From: a virus
Lineage: Duplodnaviria > Caudoviricetes
IMG/VR virus record: IMGVR_UViG_3300025132_000127
Span: 1-36,016 of that record
DNA length: 36,016 bases
Direction: 5' to 3' (one strand)
Every line of letters begins with the position of its first letter. Within the stretch, counting starts at the first letter, position 1. The translations under genes were made by a program, and so were the position numbers. Positions 8,870 through 16,248 of the stretch are shown here, piece after piece. The notes beneath the pieces are model-generated. The model saw only the letters and a program-made list of their open reading frames with translations. It searched no databases and was not told where the DNA came from.

Positions 8870-9265
8870 ATGCCAAAATTCAATGAAGAACAGCTTCGTA
8901 GCGCAGGTTTTGAGGAAGGCCCTGACGGACAGTGGCACAAAAAAGATAGCTCATGTTCGCATACCGCAAGTCGGCCCGACGCTAAATGCAATCAAGAGGA
9001 ACCGGAACATCGGCCTCGACCACAAAGTGAGGAACCAGCAGCGAGCCGCTTTGTTGCAATCGTTACCGTCCGAACCGTCCGATCCCGAGACTACGACGGA
9101 TTGGGAGCCGCAGCAAAGCACTATCTGGACGCTCTCATTCAAGAGTGCGGACTTTGCAAAGACGATTCCCCCGAGCATCTTGAAGTCGTCCTTGTGCCGC
9201 AACGTGTCCGGTCTTTTGACGCCGAAGAGACGATCATCGAAATCTGGGAAGCGCCAAAGTTCTAA
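8870..9265 (+). CDS. RusA-like Holliday junction resolvase
   Basis: RSRDYDGL....KHYLDAL...GLCKDDSPEHL...ETIIEI matches the RusA D-x-D-N...K...D...G...DD pattern. Confidence 0.7.
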   Translation: MPKFNEEQLRSAGFEEGPDGQWHKKDSSCSHTASRPDAKCNQEEPEHRPRPQSEEPAASRFVAIVTVRTVRSRDYDGLGAAAKHYLDALIQECGLCKDDSPEHLEVVLVPQRVRSFDAEETIIEIWEAPKF

Positions 9266-9381
9266 GGTTAAGAAAAAGTGATATTTACCTTGCCTTGCGA
9301 TACCCCAACCTTCATGGTTCAACCCCTCTGAGGCAGGGGCTGGTTTTTTCTCATGTTTCGACCTGTCTCGCTGCGTCCGCT

Positions 9382-9415
9382 TGAGCGACTCAATTAGCGT
9401 CGTGAGCGACTCAAT
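9382..9415. repeat. Direct repeat TGAGCGACTCAAT x2, 21-bp period, each copy palindromic (TGAG-N3-CTCA)
   Basis: Copies at 9382-9394 and 9403-9415. Confidence 0.85.
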
Positions 9416-9489
9416 GTCGATAATCAGGCCATCGCAGCAGCCTCAGAGACCTAAAGATTTCTTAGCATAGAACATAACATAGTGATTGG

Positions 9490-9525
9490 AAGCCCCCGGT
9501 TCTTAACGGAGCCGGGGGCTTTTTC
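9490..9525 (+). terminator. Rho-independent terminator, possibly bidirectional
   Basis: AAGCCCCCGGTTC-ttaacg-GAGCCGGGGGCTT followed by a T run, between convergent transcription units. Confidence 0.9.
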
Positions 9526-9539
9526 ATCCTTACACATCA

Positions 9540-10439
9540 CTAATCAGTAAATCTGATTTCGTTCTTAATCATAACGCCCCCGTTTGTCTGATGAGCGGTA
9601 GCTATATCCTTTTTTCGGCCCATGTATGTCTGGGTAAACCAGACGCCTCCAAGAGGCTTGGGTGGGCGACCTAAGATGTCGTGAAACTGAGTAGTTTCTG
9701 GAGCATACTCCTGCTTATAAGTGGGAACGCAAACATGAACTTGTTCATCCAAGTAATACTCTCCAGTGTTGGTGTTGATCCTGTCCCGAACAGTAGTGAC
9801 CTGCCATTTTTCGTGAATATGCCCCGTGAATACAAACTTCGCATCGGGGAGGTAAACAGCCCTCCGGTTTGTCTGGATTACGCCTTTTGTAACAGGCCCA
9901 CCCCCCCCGGACCCATGATGGAAAAATGCGGGGGTCATGTGTTTCCGAGTTCCATTTTTATTGCAAGTCCCGAAAAGCCACCAGCACCCAATTCCTCCCA
10001 CTACAGGATGGCCTCCGTGCTGACGAATCCCTTCCGCAAATCTATCAATCACTGATGTTTCGTTATTTTTTGAAACCGAGGCTTCGTGGTTTCCGTGTCC
10101 AATAAATATAATCTGCTCAGCGTAAGGGGCGAAGAACTCCACAGCGGTATCGATAACAGCGTCAAGGTAGTGAGTTGTATCGTGCTCTGGGCGAATGCCT
10201 GATCGAGATCGGCGGGGGTCGTATCGTCCTTGCATGACACAGAACAGGTCACCCCCAAATAGGATCTTGGCGTCTCGCTCCTTAGCCTCTTTGAGGTGAC
10301 GCTTCAATAGATCATGGTCCGACTTTGGATTATCCCAGTGGACATCGAAGAGTAAAAGAAAGTCTTGGCTGTCACCCACATTGTTGAGAACGGACTTTGT
10401 TCTTAGGGTTTTTCCGTGCTTTTCATGGGTAAATGACAT
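9540..10439 (-). CDS. Calcineurin-like metallophosphoesterase
   Basis: FDVHWD, GGDLF, GHGNHE, FHHG and TGHIH metal-binding motifs. Confidence 0.9.
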   Translation of the reverse strand: MSFTHEKHGKTLRTKSVLNNVGDSQDFLLLFDVHWDNPKSDHDLLKRHLKEAKERDAKILFGGDLFCVMQGRYDPRRSRSGIRPEHDTTHYLDAVIDTAVEFFAPYAEQIIFIGHGNHEASVSKNNETSVIDRFAEGIRQHGGHPVVGGIGCWWLFGTCNKNGTRKHMTPAFFHHGSGGGGPVTKGVIQTNRRAVYLPDAKFVFTGHIHEKWQVTTVRDRINTNTGEYYLDEQVHVCVPTYKQEYAPETTQFHDILGRPPKPLGGVWFTQTYMGRKKDIATAHQTNGGVMIKNEIRFTD

Positions 10440-10463
10440 GGTCTTAATGGGGCGTTAGTTGGT

Positions 10464-10754
10464 TTATTTTTGAAGTCTCTTTAAGAGCCTTTCGTATGCG
10501 GGGAAAAAAATCTCATCTACGCACCGGACGCACGCCTCCTCTTGAAAACTCTCGAGAAAAGAGATTCCAGAGAGATGGAAAGCGGCATGGAGCATTTCGT
10601 GCCGAAGGGTGGGAAGGTAGTCTTTAGCCAGTAGCTTGTTGGAGAGTTTAATAGTGCGTCGTTCATGTGAGTATTCTCCGTAGCAGTCCTCCAGTTGCTC
10701 GTTAGTTATTTTAACTCGATGCCCTGCGATCATCACTGAATTGATAGACTGCAT
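10464..10754 (-). CDS. Small zincin-like metallopeptidase (HExxH)
   Basis: YGEY.....TIKL...TLRHEMLHAAF...EE. Confidence 0.75.
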   Translation of the reverse strand: MQSINSVMIAGHRVKITNEQLEDCYGEYSHERRTIKLSNKLLAKDYLPTLRHEMLHAAFHLSGISFLESFQEEACVRCVDEIFFPAYERLLKRLQK

Positions 10755-10762
10755 CGCCAAGG

Positions 10763-11047
10763 TTATTTTCTTGAGTTTCCTGTGTGAGACTTAGCTCCTC
10801 CAAGCTGTCGATTTTTCTTTTTGGATATAATCCGAGTTCGGGCGTTGTTAAGAGATCCATTTTTTGAGCTACCCGGATGGTCAACCTCCTTACCTTGCAA
10901 CGCATCTTTGCCATGAATTCGGACGGCGGCACGGTGCGCGGCATTCCTCTGAGCGCGTCGCTTCTTTTGCTCTGGCCGAGAATTGTATCCTCGCTGCCTT
11001 ATTGAATCAGCAGTTGCATTGGAGCTGTATTGTCCTTTCGCTGGCAT
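10763..11047 (-). CDS. Basic HNH-like protein
   Basis: Y..RPEQKKRRAQRNAA...GKEVDH...GSLNN.RTRIISKKKNR. Start placed at MPAKG, just after the upstream stop. Confidence 0.65.
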   Translation of the reverse strand: MPAKGQYSSNATADSIRQRGYNSRPEQKKRRAQRNAAHRAAVRIHGKDALQGKEVDHPGSSKNGSLNNARTRIISKKKNRQLGGAKSHTGNSRK

Positions 11048-11049
11048 CC

Positions 11050-11394
11050 TTATGATCCTTTTTTCCACTTCTTAGAAGGAGACTTAGTTTTGGAACTGTT
11101 CCACTTTACCTTGTCGGCCCAGTATGCCGCAGACATCTTCCCTCTTTTGATATTCTTCGCGTGGCGAGACTTGAATGCCTCCCTTTGCCCCGCTGTCTGA
11201 TTGGTCTTCACCCCCTGCTGACCAAACCTAATGAGCTTTGTCTGGCTCCCCTCTTTGGCTACAACGACATGACTCTTTTTGGGGTGGTTGGGAGTTCGCT
11301 TAGGCTTATTATAACCGCTGACTCCGGCTTTCTTTAGCTTCGGATCACGCCCTTTACTGATGCGGCTTGCCGCTCTTTTTGATCCTTCGCTCAT
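11050..11394 (-). CDS. Conserved small basic phage protein
   Basis: AGVSGYNKPKRTP.HPKKSHVVVAKEG...KLIRFGQQG...FKSRHAKNI..GKMSAAYWADKVKW, a widespread uncharacterised phage family. Start at MSEGS (11394). Confidence 0.85.
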   Translation of the reverse strand: MSEGSKRAASRISKGRDPKLKKAGVSGYNKPKRTPNHPKKSHVVVAKEGSQTKLIRFGQQGVKTNQTAGQREAFKSRHAKNIKRGKMSAAYWADKVKWNSSKTKSPSKKWKKGS

Positions 11395-11399
11395 TTTTG

Positions 11400-11576
11400 T
11401 TACTTTTGTGGAGGTTTGTGGCCCCATCCTAAAGCGCTTAATCTCTCATGGTCCTCAGGCTTTTTGGCTCTTTCCCTTTTCCCTGTTTTTGGGTCATACA
11501 TCCAATGAGGCTTGAAATCGCCCGATCCCTTCTTCTTGCTAATGCGGCTTGCCGCTCTTTTGTATCCTTCTTGCAT
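11400..11576 (-). CDS. Small basic phage protein (58 aa), absent from the ORF track
   Basis: MQEGYKRAASRISKKKGSGDFKPHWMYDPKTGKRERAKKPEDHERLSALGWGHKPPQK. The FKPHxMYDPKTG motif recurs in aquatic phages and the ORF fills the gap exactly. Confidence 0.8.
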   Translation of the reverse strand: MQEGYKRAASRISKKKGSGDFKPHWMYDPKTGKRERAKKPEDHERLSALGWGHKPPQK

Positions 11577-11585
11577 AAGGGTGGG

Positions 11586-11753
11586 CTAATACATGGCCTT
11601 TTTGACAGGAATTTTTCTTGCCGTCTTGGCAGAGTTCTTAAATGCTTTGTCCGAGGGAGAGCCTTTACTGCCGGGTTTTCTCATTTTTTCTCCGGAACCG
11701 GCTTTGATTCGTTTCCGCTTCGCATGAATATTTGCGTATAGTCCTTTTTTCAT
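11586..11753 (-). CDS. Small basic phage protein (55 aa), absent from the ORF track
   Basis: MKKGLYANIHAKRKRIKAGSGEKMRKPGSKGSPSDKAFKNSAKTARKIPVKKAMY, of the GLYANIHAKR family. ATGA-coupled to the upstream gene. Confidence 0.85.
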   Translation of the reverse strand: MKKGLYANIHAKRKRIKAGSGEKMRKPGSKGSPSDKAFKNSAKTARKIPVKKAMY

Positions 11754-12160
11754 TTGCTCATTGCGTTCTTGACAGGGCTTTTCTTTGCTCTTTCGTCAAA
11801 TTCTTTCTTGGATTCGCGCACCGCTTTCTCAAAAGATCTCAACTCCGCTGGGGTCGGCTTCCTTTCTCCGTCCAAAACACTTTTGAAGCGTGGTTTCTTT
11901 GCTCTTTCGTCAAATTCCTTCTTGGATTCGCGCACCGCTTTCTCAAAAGATCTCAACTCCGCTGGGGTCGGTTTCCTTTCTCCGTCCAAAACACTTTTGA
12001 AGCGTTTTCCGGACGCATTTTTAGGAGGACCAGTCATTTGCTTCATCCCCGGATCTGCTGTTGGGCGCTGTGAAGGCGCGGATTTGCTCGCTATCCGGCT
12101 TGCCGCCTTTGAGCTTCCTGTCGTTTTTTCTGCAAGAGCCTTGCTTTTACCATAAGTCAT
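11750..12160 (-). CDS. Basic protein with an internal 38-aa duplication
   Basis: RFKSVLDGERKPTPAELRSFEKAVRESKKEFDERAKK occurs twice. Confidence 0.75.
   Translation of the reverse strand: MTYGKSKALAEKTTGSSKAASRIASKSAPSQRPTADPGMKQMTGPPKNASGKRFKSVLDGERKPTPAELRSFEKAVRESKKEFDERAKKPRFKSVLDGERKPTPAELRSFEKAVRESKKEFDERAKKSPVKNAMSK
11780..12005. repeat. Tandem duplication, 112-bp copies with 114-bp period
   Basis: 11780-11891 versus 11894-12005; two substitutions seen, both synonymous in the - strand ORF. Confidence 0.95.
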
Positions 12161-12206
12161 GACTGGTCAATAAGCTAAAATTGTTGCAATTGCAAGCCTA
12201 CAGTTT

Positions 12207-14072
12207 CTAAAAGAAGCCCTTGCGTTGCAAGATCCCCGTCCCCCGGCGCTTTCGTTGCAACTTACTTTCGGCTTTCCGGAGATCACGGGGGATCGGAATG
12301 TCCTCGTATCGGTTCCGGTAGCGGGTTGCTTGCTCAATAACACACAATCCTATGCCGCTCGAAAGAACATCATCGTCATGAGAGCCCCTCAGTGCTTCAG
12401 CCCGGCCTTTGTTGTTTACGCAAAACGTCTCGCACTCACTAATGATGCTCAGGCAGTTAAGATGAACACCGCCGCCATCCTCATTATATGAGCGAATATT
12501 TCTTGCGAGGGTCTCCTCAATCTGCAATCTCGTAGATGAGCTGGTATGCCATCCAAACGCTTTTGACCTCTTTTGGTTTACATGGTTGAAAATCTCTCTC
12601 TGGTAGATCGGGATGTCACCTTTAGATCGGATAAGCTCGATAAAACCACGGTCGCAGTTGATTTCCGAGACCAATAGGCACTTTCCGTAATAATGGGCCA
12701 ATCTCCATGTCCACTCGGATAGAATGTCAATATCCCAACGGCATTCGGGCTTGATTCTTGCAACCATTGCTGGAGGGGTCCATCCGCGATCCCGGTCGAA
12801 GAAGCCTTTTCTCCAAACCAGAACAGAATGGCAATCGGGGTCCTTACCTCCAACCTGACTCTGACCCGTCATAAGGTCGGCGCTGATTAGATAGTAATAT
12901 CCCTCGCGAGGCTTCTCGTAAATGTTGAAAATGCACTCCTCATCAGAAGTTTGGCGCCAGCTAACTGATTTTCCGCTCTGACTTAGCTCTAATAAGCCAT
13001 ACTTGCATTCTTGAGCGGTCGCATGTCTCCGCTGCCAGTCGAGCCCATCTCGGTCGAACCGGGTGCGAGCCGACGCCCGGAAGGCGTGCTGAGGGGTTGT
13101 TGGGAACTCTCGGTCGAACTTGGTTTCGTCTCCGTCGCACTCGGCCTCCAGAATCTTCCGTCTCCATGAGATATGCCCCACGGTAATCTCATAGAGGCGC
13201 CCATCCGCACCTCTGGTGCTGTAGTTGGACATTAGGTCCCGCTCAGTAGGCGTGAGGCTCCTCCTGACCTCTTCTTGCTCGTATGGGCTAAGGCTGTCGC
13301 AGGAGTCTTGGAAGGCATACCACGGGGCGAACACGCGAATCCATCGGCCCTTCCACTCGCCAGACTTGGTGGCGCGAACATGCTCCCAGTCGTCCGCGTC
13401 GTTCCATCGGTCATAAAATACCCCGGATGGACCCTGAGCAGTAGATTCCAAAACTGCAACAGTGTCTGGCAAGTCCGGCATACAGGCCAAAACACCAGTG
13501 AGGATCTCTGCGCTGTTACGAGCCGGGGTGTCTTTCCAGCGACCGATCTCGGTTGCAAGAAGGAAGTGGAAGGTTCCGGATCGACCAGCTTCTGAGTCCT
13601 GCGCTGTTTCCTTTTCCAGCGTAGATCCGTTGTCGAAGTGCCCTCGCTCGTTGGTTATGCGTGGTGGCTTCTGGCCCCACCGCATCTTGTCGTAGTCAGA
13701 ATAGCGGCGGGTTATCTTCCAGAGGTTGTCCGTCTGGCTAAACTCTCCGCCAATAATCAGTCCGTTTGCCTGCCTGCGTTGCAACATGTGGTAGAGGCAA
13801 GCGGTCGTGATAGTAGATGAGCCTTTTTGTCGGGGCTTGAGGATGATGATCCGACAGGGGTATCCGTTTTGTCGGCACCAAATGATGGACTCTACGACCT
13901 GCTCCTGCAAGTAGTTGAGATCAAGCAGCTTGATGTCTCCGTTCTTGTAGAGAATCTTTCCAAATGACTCTGACCACGCTCCCTCGTCATTCTTGCAAGC
14001 GGCTCGTAGAAGCTCGTCAGCCTCCTCGTCAGAAATGTTAATCTTTAGTTCATTTGATGTCGCTGTGCTCAT
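12207..14072 (-). CDS. terL: Terminase large subunit
   Basis: IIILKPRQKGSST (Walker A), GRSGT..FLLATEIG (Walker B), LESTAQG (motif III), ISADLMTG and HDDDVLS (RNase H-like nuclease). ATG at 14072 overlaps the upstream TGA. Confidence 0.95.
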   Translation of the reverse strand: MSTATSNELKINISDEEADELLRAACKNDEGAWSESFGKILYKNGDIKLLDLNYLQEQVVESIIWCRQNGYPCRIIILKPRQKGSSTITTACLYHMLQRRQANGLIIGGEFSQTDNLWKITRRYSDYDKMRWGQKPPRITNERGHFDNGSTLEKETAQDSEAGRSGTFHFLLATEIGRWKDTPARNSAEILTGVLACMPDLPDTVAVLESTAQGPSGVFYDRWNDADDWEHVRATKSGEWKGRWIRVFAPWYAFQDSCDSLSPYEQEEVRRSLTPTERDLMSNYSTRGADGRLYEITVGHISWRRKILEAECDGDETKFDREFPTTPQHAFRASARTRFDRDGLDWQRRHATAQECKYGLLELSQSGKSVSWRQTSDEECIFNIYEKPREGYYYLISADLMTGQSQVGGKDPDCHSVLVWRKGFFDRDRGWTPPAMVARIKPECRWDIDILSEWTWRLAHYYGKCLLVSEINCDRGFIELIRSKGDIPIYQREIFNHVNQKRSKAFGWHTSSSTRLQIEETLARNIRSYNEDGGGVHLNCLSIISECETFCVNNKGRAEALRGSHDDDVLSSGIGLCVIEQATRYRNRYEDIPIPRDLRKAESKLQRKRRGTGILQRKGFF

Positions 14073-14743
14073 GATCGATCCCAACCATATCCCTCTGAGA
14101 TTTTTTTTGCAACATCATCTTCGGGATGCAGTCGCCCTCCCCAAACTTGGTCGTGAGTCTTATTAGGTCCGAGGGGGACAATTCGGACAAACCACTGGCC
14201 TCGATACTGCCCGCTGGTATTCTTGAATGAAAGAGTCCCGGCAAAGTGCGATTTTGTGGCAGATATTTCTTTCCACCTCTTGAAGTAGCTATCGGACTCT
14301 ATCGTGTTCGCAGAGAATTGACGCCAACCGAGCCCAATCAATGCGTCATCATTAGCAGCGACCAACGTCTCATAGGCTCGGTTGACGAAAATGTTTTCTC
14401 CATTCGTGTTAGTTCTGAACGCAGGATATGGAGCCTCTTGCAACTCCATCATGCGCTCACTGACCAAAAGGCGAACCTCATCTTTCAAAGAAGATCCTCC
14501 GTTGGTCGTCAGCTCCTTCTCAAATCCTTTCTGGCGTTCAGAAATAACCTTTTGCCGCTTTAGGATTATCCCCAGCTCCTTTTTTATGCAGCAGATCAAC
14601 TCTGGCATTTGCTTCTTCTTTTGGCGCCTCTCCCACCATGAACCCCATGAATCTCTTCCTTTGCTTGTGAGAGACCATATTGAAAGAAGGGCAGACGCAA
14701 CGCCTCCAAAAGCCATGATTATAGTATGACCTTCAATATCCAT
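14069..14743 (-). CDS. Membrane-anchored PAS-domain protein (holin/antiholin-like)
   Basis: N-terminal TM, coiled segment ending NGGSSLKD, then PAFRTNTNGENIFVNRAYETLV......LIGLGWRQF...W......F......KNTSG PAS-fold pattern. Directly after the endolysin. Confidence 0.7.
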   Translation of the reverse strand: MDIEGHTIIMAFGGVASALLSIWSLTSKGRDSWGSWWERRQKKKQMPELICCIKKELGIILKRQKVISERQKGFEKELTTNGGSSLKDEVRLLVSERMMELQEAPYPAFRTNTNGENIFVNRAYETLVAANDDALIGLGWRQFSANTIESDSYFKRWKEISATKSHFAGTLSFKNTSGQYRGQWFVRIVPLGPNKTHDQVWGGRLHPEDDVAKKISEGYGWDRS

Positions 14744-14752
14744 TTCCCAATT

Positions 14753-15328
14753 TTATCTGGTAGCTTGAAAATGCATTGCGTCGCGAGACCAGAAGGCCCC
14801 AGCGGGCAACCAGCCTTCCTTTGCGAACTCCTCCATTACCTCGATAGGCATATTGGATCGAAGCGGCCAGTGTGAGCGGTTAGTGTTGGTTGAGGCAGAA
14901 AGATCGATTGCGGCCCCGTAAGCGTGGGTAGAGGGGCTTGATCCTCCTCGCATGGTGCGGCCAACGTGGCAACCAAAGTATCTCCGAACAAAATCCGGGT
15001 GCTTCTTGTAAGCAGCGTTGAGAGCCCGGAGGAGTGACTCAGAGACCTTTTTGTGGCATGAGATTGCAGTTACAGGCTTGTCGGTATCGTAGAGCCTAAG
15101 CCACTCTGGAGCGTCTACCCGAACAATATCAGGGTTAGTAAAAGTCTCAGTGCTTGGGGTGCCGTAAAAGCTACGAAGAGATGACTGGGAGGAGGATGGC
15201 CAAGGGTTATCCTTTGGCATCAGGGATCTAAGGTGGCTCTTAGTTGCGGCAATCGAATTAGGGCCCCAGAATCCATCAGCTTCCGTCCCCACATGAGTTT
15301 GCAACGCTTTGATCTGGGTCTTGTTCAT
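14753..15328 (-). CDS. Endolysin: peptidoglycan-binding N-terminus + M15-family peptidase
   Basis: LQ..VG..ADGFWGPNS (PG-binding); R.MRGGSSPSTHAYGAAIDL...DAMHFQ (SxHxxGxAxD...H). Confidence 0.92.
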   Translation of the reverse strand: MNKTQIKALQTHVGTEADGFWGPNSIAATKSHLRSLMPKDNPWPSSSQSSLRSFYGTPSTETFTNPDIVRVDAPEWLRLYDTDKPVTAISCHKKVSESLLRALNAAYKKHPDFVRRYFGCHVGRTMRGGSSPSTHAYGAAIDLSASTNTNRSHWPLRSNMPIEVMEEFAKEGWLPAGAFWSRDAMHFQATR

Positions 15329-15331
15329 TGC

Positions 15332-15586
15332 TCACTTGGAGTCTCCCTCTGGAGGGGGAGGGGGAGAGTTTTTGATTTTCATGATCGAGTCAGCGGACAT
15401 CCCAAGCAGGAATACGCATCCAATCATGGTGAGAAAAGTAAGAAATGGCTCAGGGTTAATAGATGACTCGTAGACATTTGCAACAAGGACTCCAGAAGCG
15501 CAAAGAATAAGAAGTAACGCCCACCGCTGGCGGTTTCCCTCAAGGAACCTCTCTTTTTCCAGTGGATTTCTTCGCGGTTTTGGCAT
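15332..15586 (-). CDS. Putative holin (two TM segments)
   Basis: 84 aa with two TM helices and charged termini, immediately upstream of the endolysin. Confidence 0.65.
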   Translation of the reverse strand: MPKPRRNPLEKERFLEGNRQRWALLLILCASGVLVANVYESSINPEPFLTFLTMIGCVFLLGMSADSIMKIKNSPPPPPEGDSK

Positions 15587-15589
15587 GTC

Positions 15590-15943
15590 CTAAATCTCGT
15601 TTTCTGCTTCAGGCTTCAAAGAAAGCCATTCTTCCTCCGTAACGATGAATACGTCTCCTTGATCGATATACGGCTCAAGGACGGCGAGATCGTCTGCGGT
15701 TACGCGCCACGTTGCGAGTTGAATCATTAGCCGTCCACTGCCGTCGGTTGCCGTCAAAAGCTCTTCGGCTACTGGAAGACCTCTCAACGTAGATGCTTTT
15801 TCGCCCTCAATAGGGTATCCTCGCGAGTCGTCAACGTATTCTGAAAGAGCTGGGTATACGTCCGGCGACGCAAGAAAAAAGAACCAACCAGTGTCTGACT
15901 GATCTTGCTCAAGTTCAGTGAGGGGATTATCTTCTTCGCTCAT
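15590..15943 (-). CDS. Acidic hypothetical protein (possible fibre/spike chaperone)
   Basis: Co-oriented, ATGA-coupled, downstream of the spike/fibre gene. Confidence 0.6.
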   Translation of the reverse strand: MSEEDNPLTELEQDQSDTGWFFFLASPDVYPALSEYVDDSRGYPIEGEKASTLRGLPVAEELLTATDGSGRLMIQLATWRVTADDLAVLEPYIDQGDVFIVTEEEWLSLKPEAENEI

Positions 15944-16248
15944 TCTTCAGTGGGAATGTCAGGGTTAATTAAGAAGTCGGGGTCTACTTCGACTCTCGCG
16001 TCCAACCCTCCGAGAAGGGTTACCAGTTGGTCAAACTCGGGAAAATCGCGGGGTGTGAGGCCATTACGGAGCGGAGTATCGAGAACCTCATCACCAGCAG
16101 GCATGAACATTTGACCAGCATTTTCTCCGGTGTAAATAGGTTCTGCTCCCGTGGTCCAGTAGTGGGCTCTCCCGTTATCAATCTGGACTTGCTTTATTGC
16201 ATCCAATACGGTCGAGGCTGTTTCGGGTGTAGTAATAAATCCAATCAT
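15940..16248 (-). CDS. Acidic hypothetical protein (possible fibre/spike chaperone)
   Basis: Start at MIGFITT (16248) overlapping the upstream TGA. Confidence 0.6.
   Translation of the reverse strand: MIGFITTPETASTVLDAIKQVQIDNGRAHYWTTGAEPIYTGENAGQMFMPAGDEVLDTPLRNGLTPRDFPEFDQLVTLLGGLDARVEVDPDFLINPDIPTEE

Larger units (their letters stand above)
9324..9525 (+). ncRNA. Candidate structured small RNA in the gap between the convergent arms
   Basis: CTCTGAGGC (9326-9334) pairs with GCCTCAGAG (9440-9448) and GCTGCG (9370-9375) with CGCAGC (9433-9438). It has nested hairpins, no credible ORF, and ends in an intrinsic terminator. Confidence 0.5.

Noticed and set aside
9382-9415. Mini CRISPR array
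   Set aside because: Only two 13-bp repeats separated by 8 bp, far below CRISPR repeat and spacer sizes. The Cas4-like nuclease is a common stand-alone phage exonuclease.
9324-9450. 6S RNA, tRNA or retron msr-msd identity for the structured element
   Set aside because: There is no symmetric central bubble, no cloverleaf or T-loop, and no reverse transcriptase in the window.
11780-12005. DGR template/variable repeat pair
   Set aside because: The copies are tandem within one ORF with only two synonymous differences, and no reverse transcriptase is present.
11448-12155. Plus-strand Phe/Leu-rich ORFs (11448-11741, 11732-12073, 11754-12155)
   Set aside because: Reverse complements of Lys-rich minus-strand genes that match recognisable phage families.
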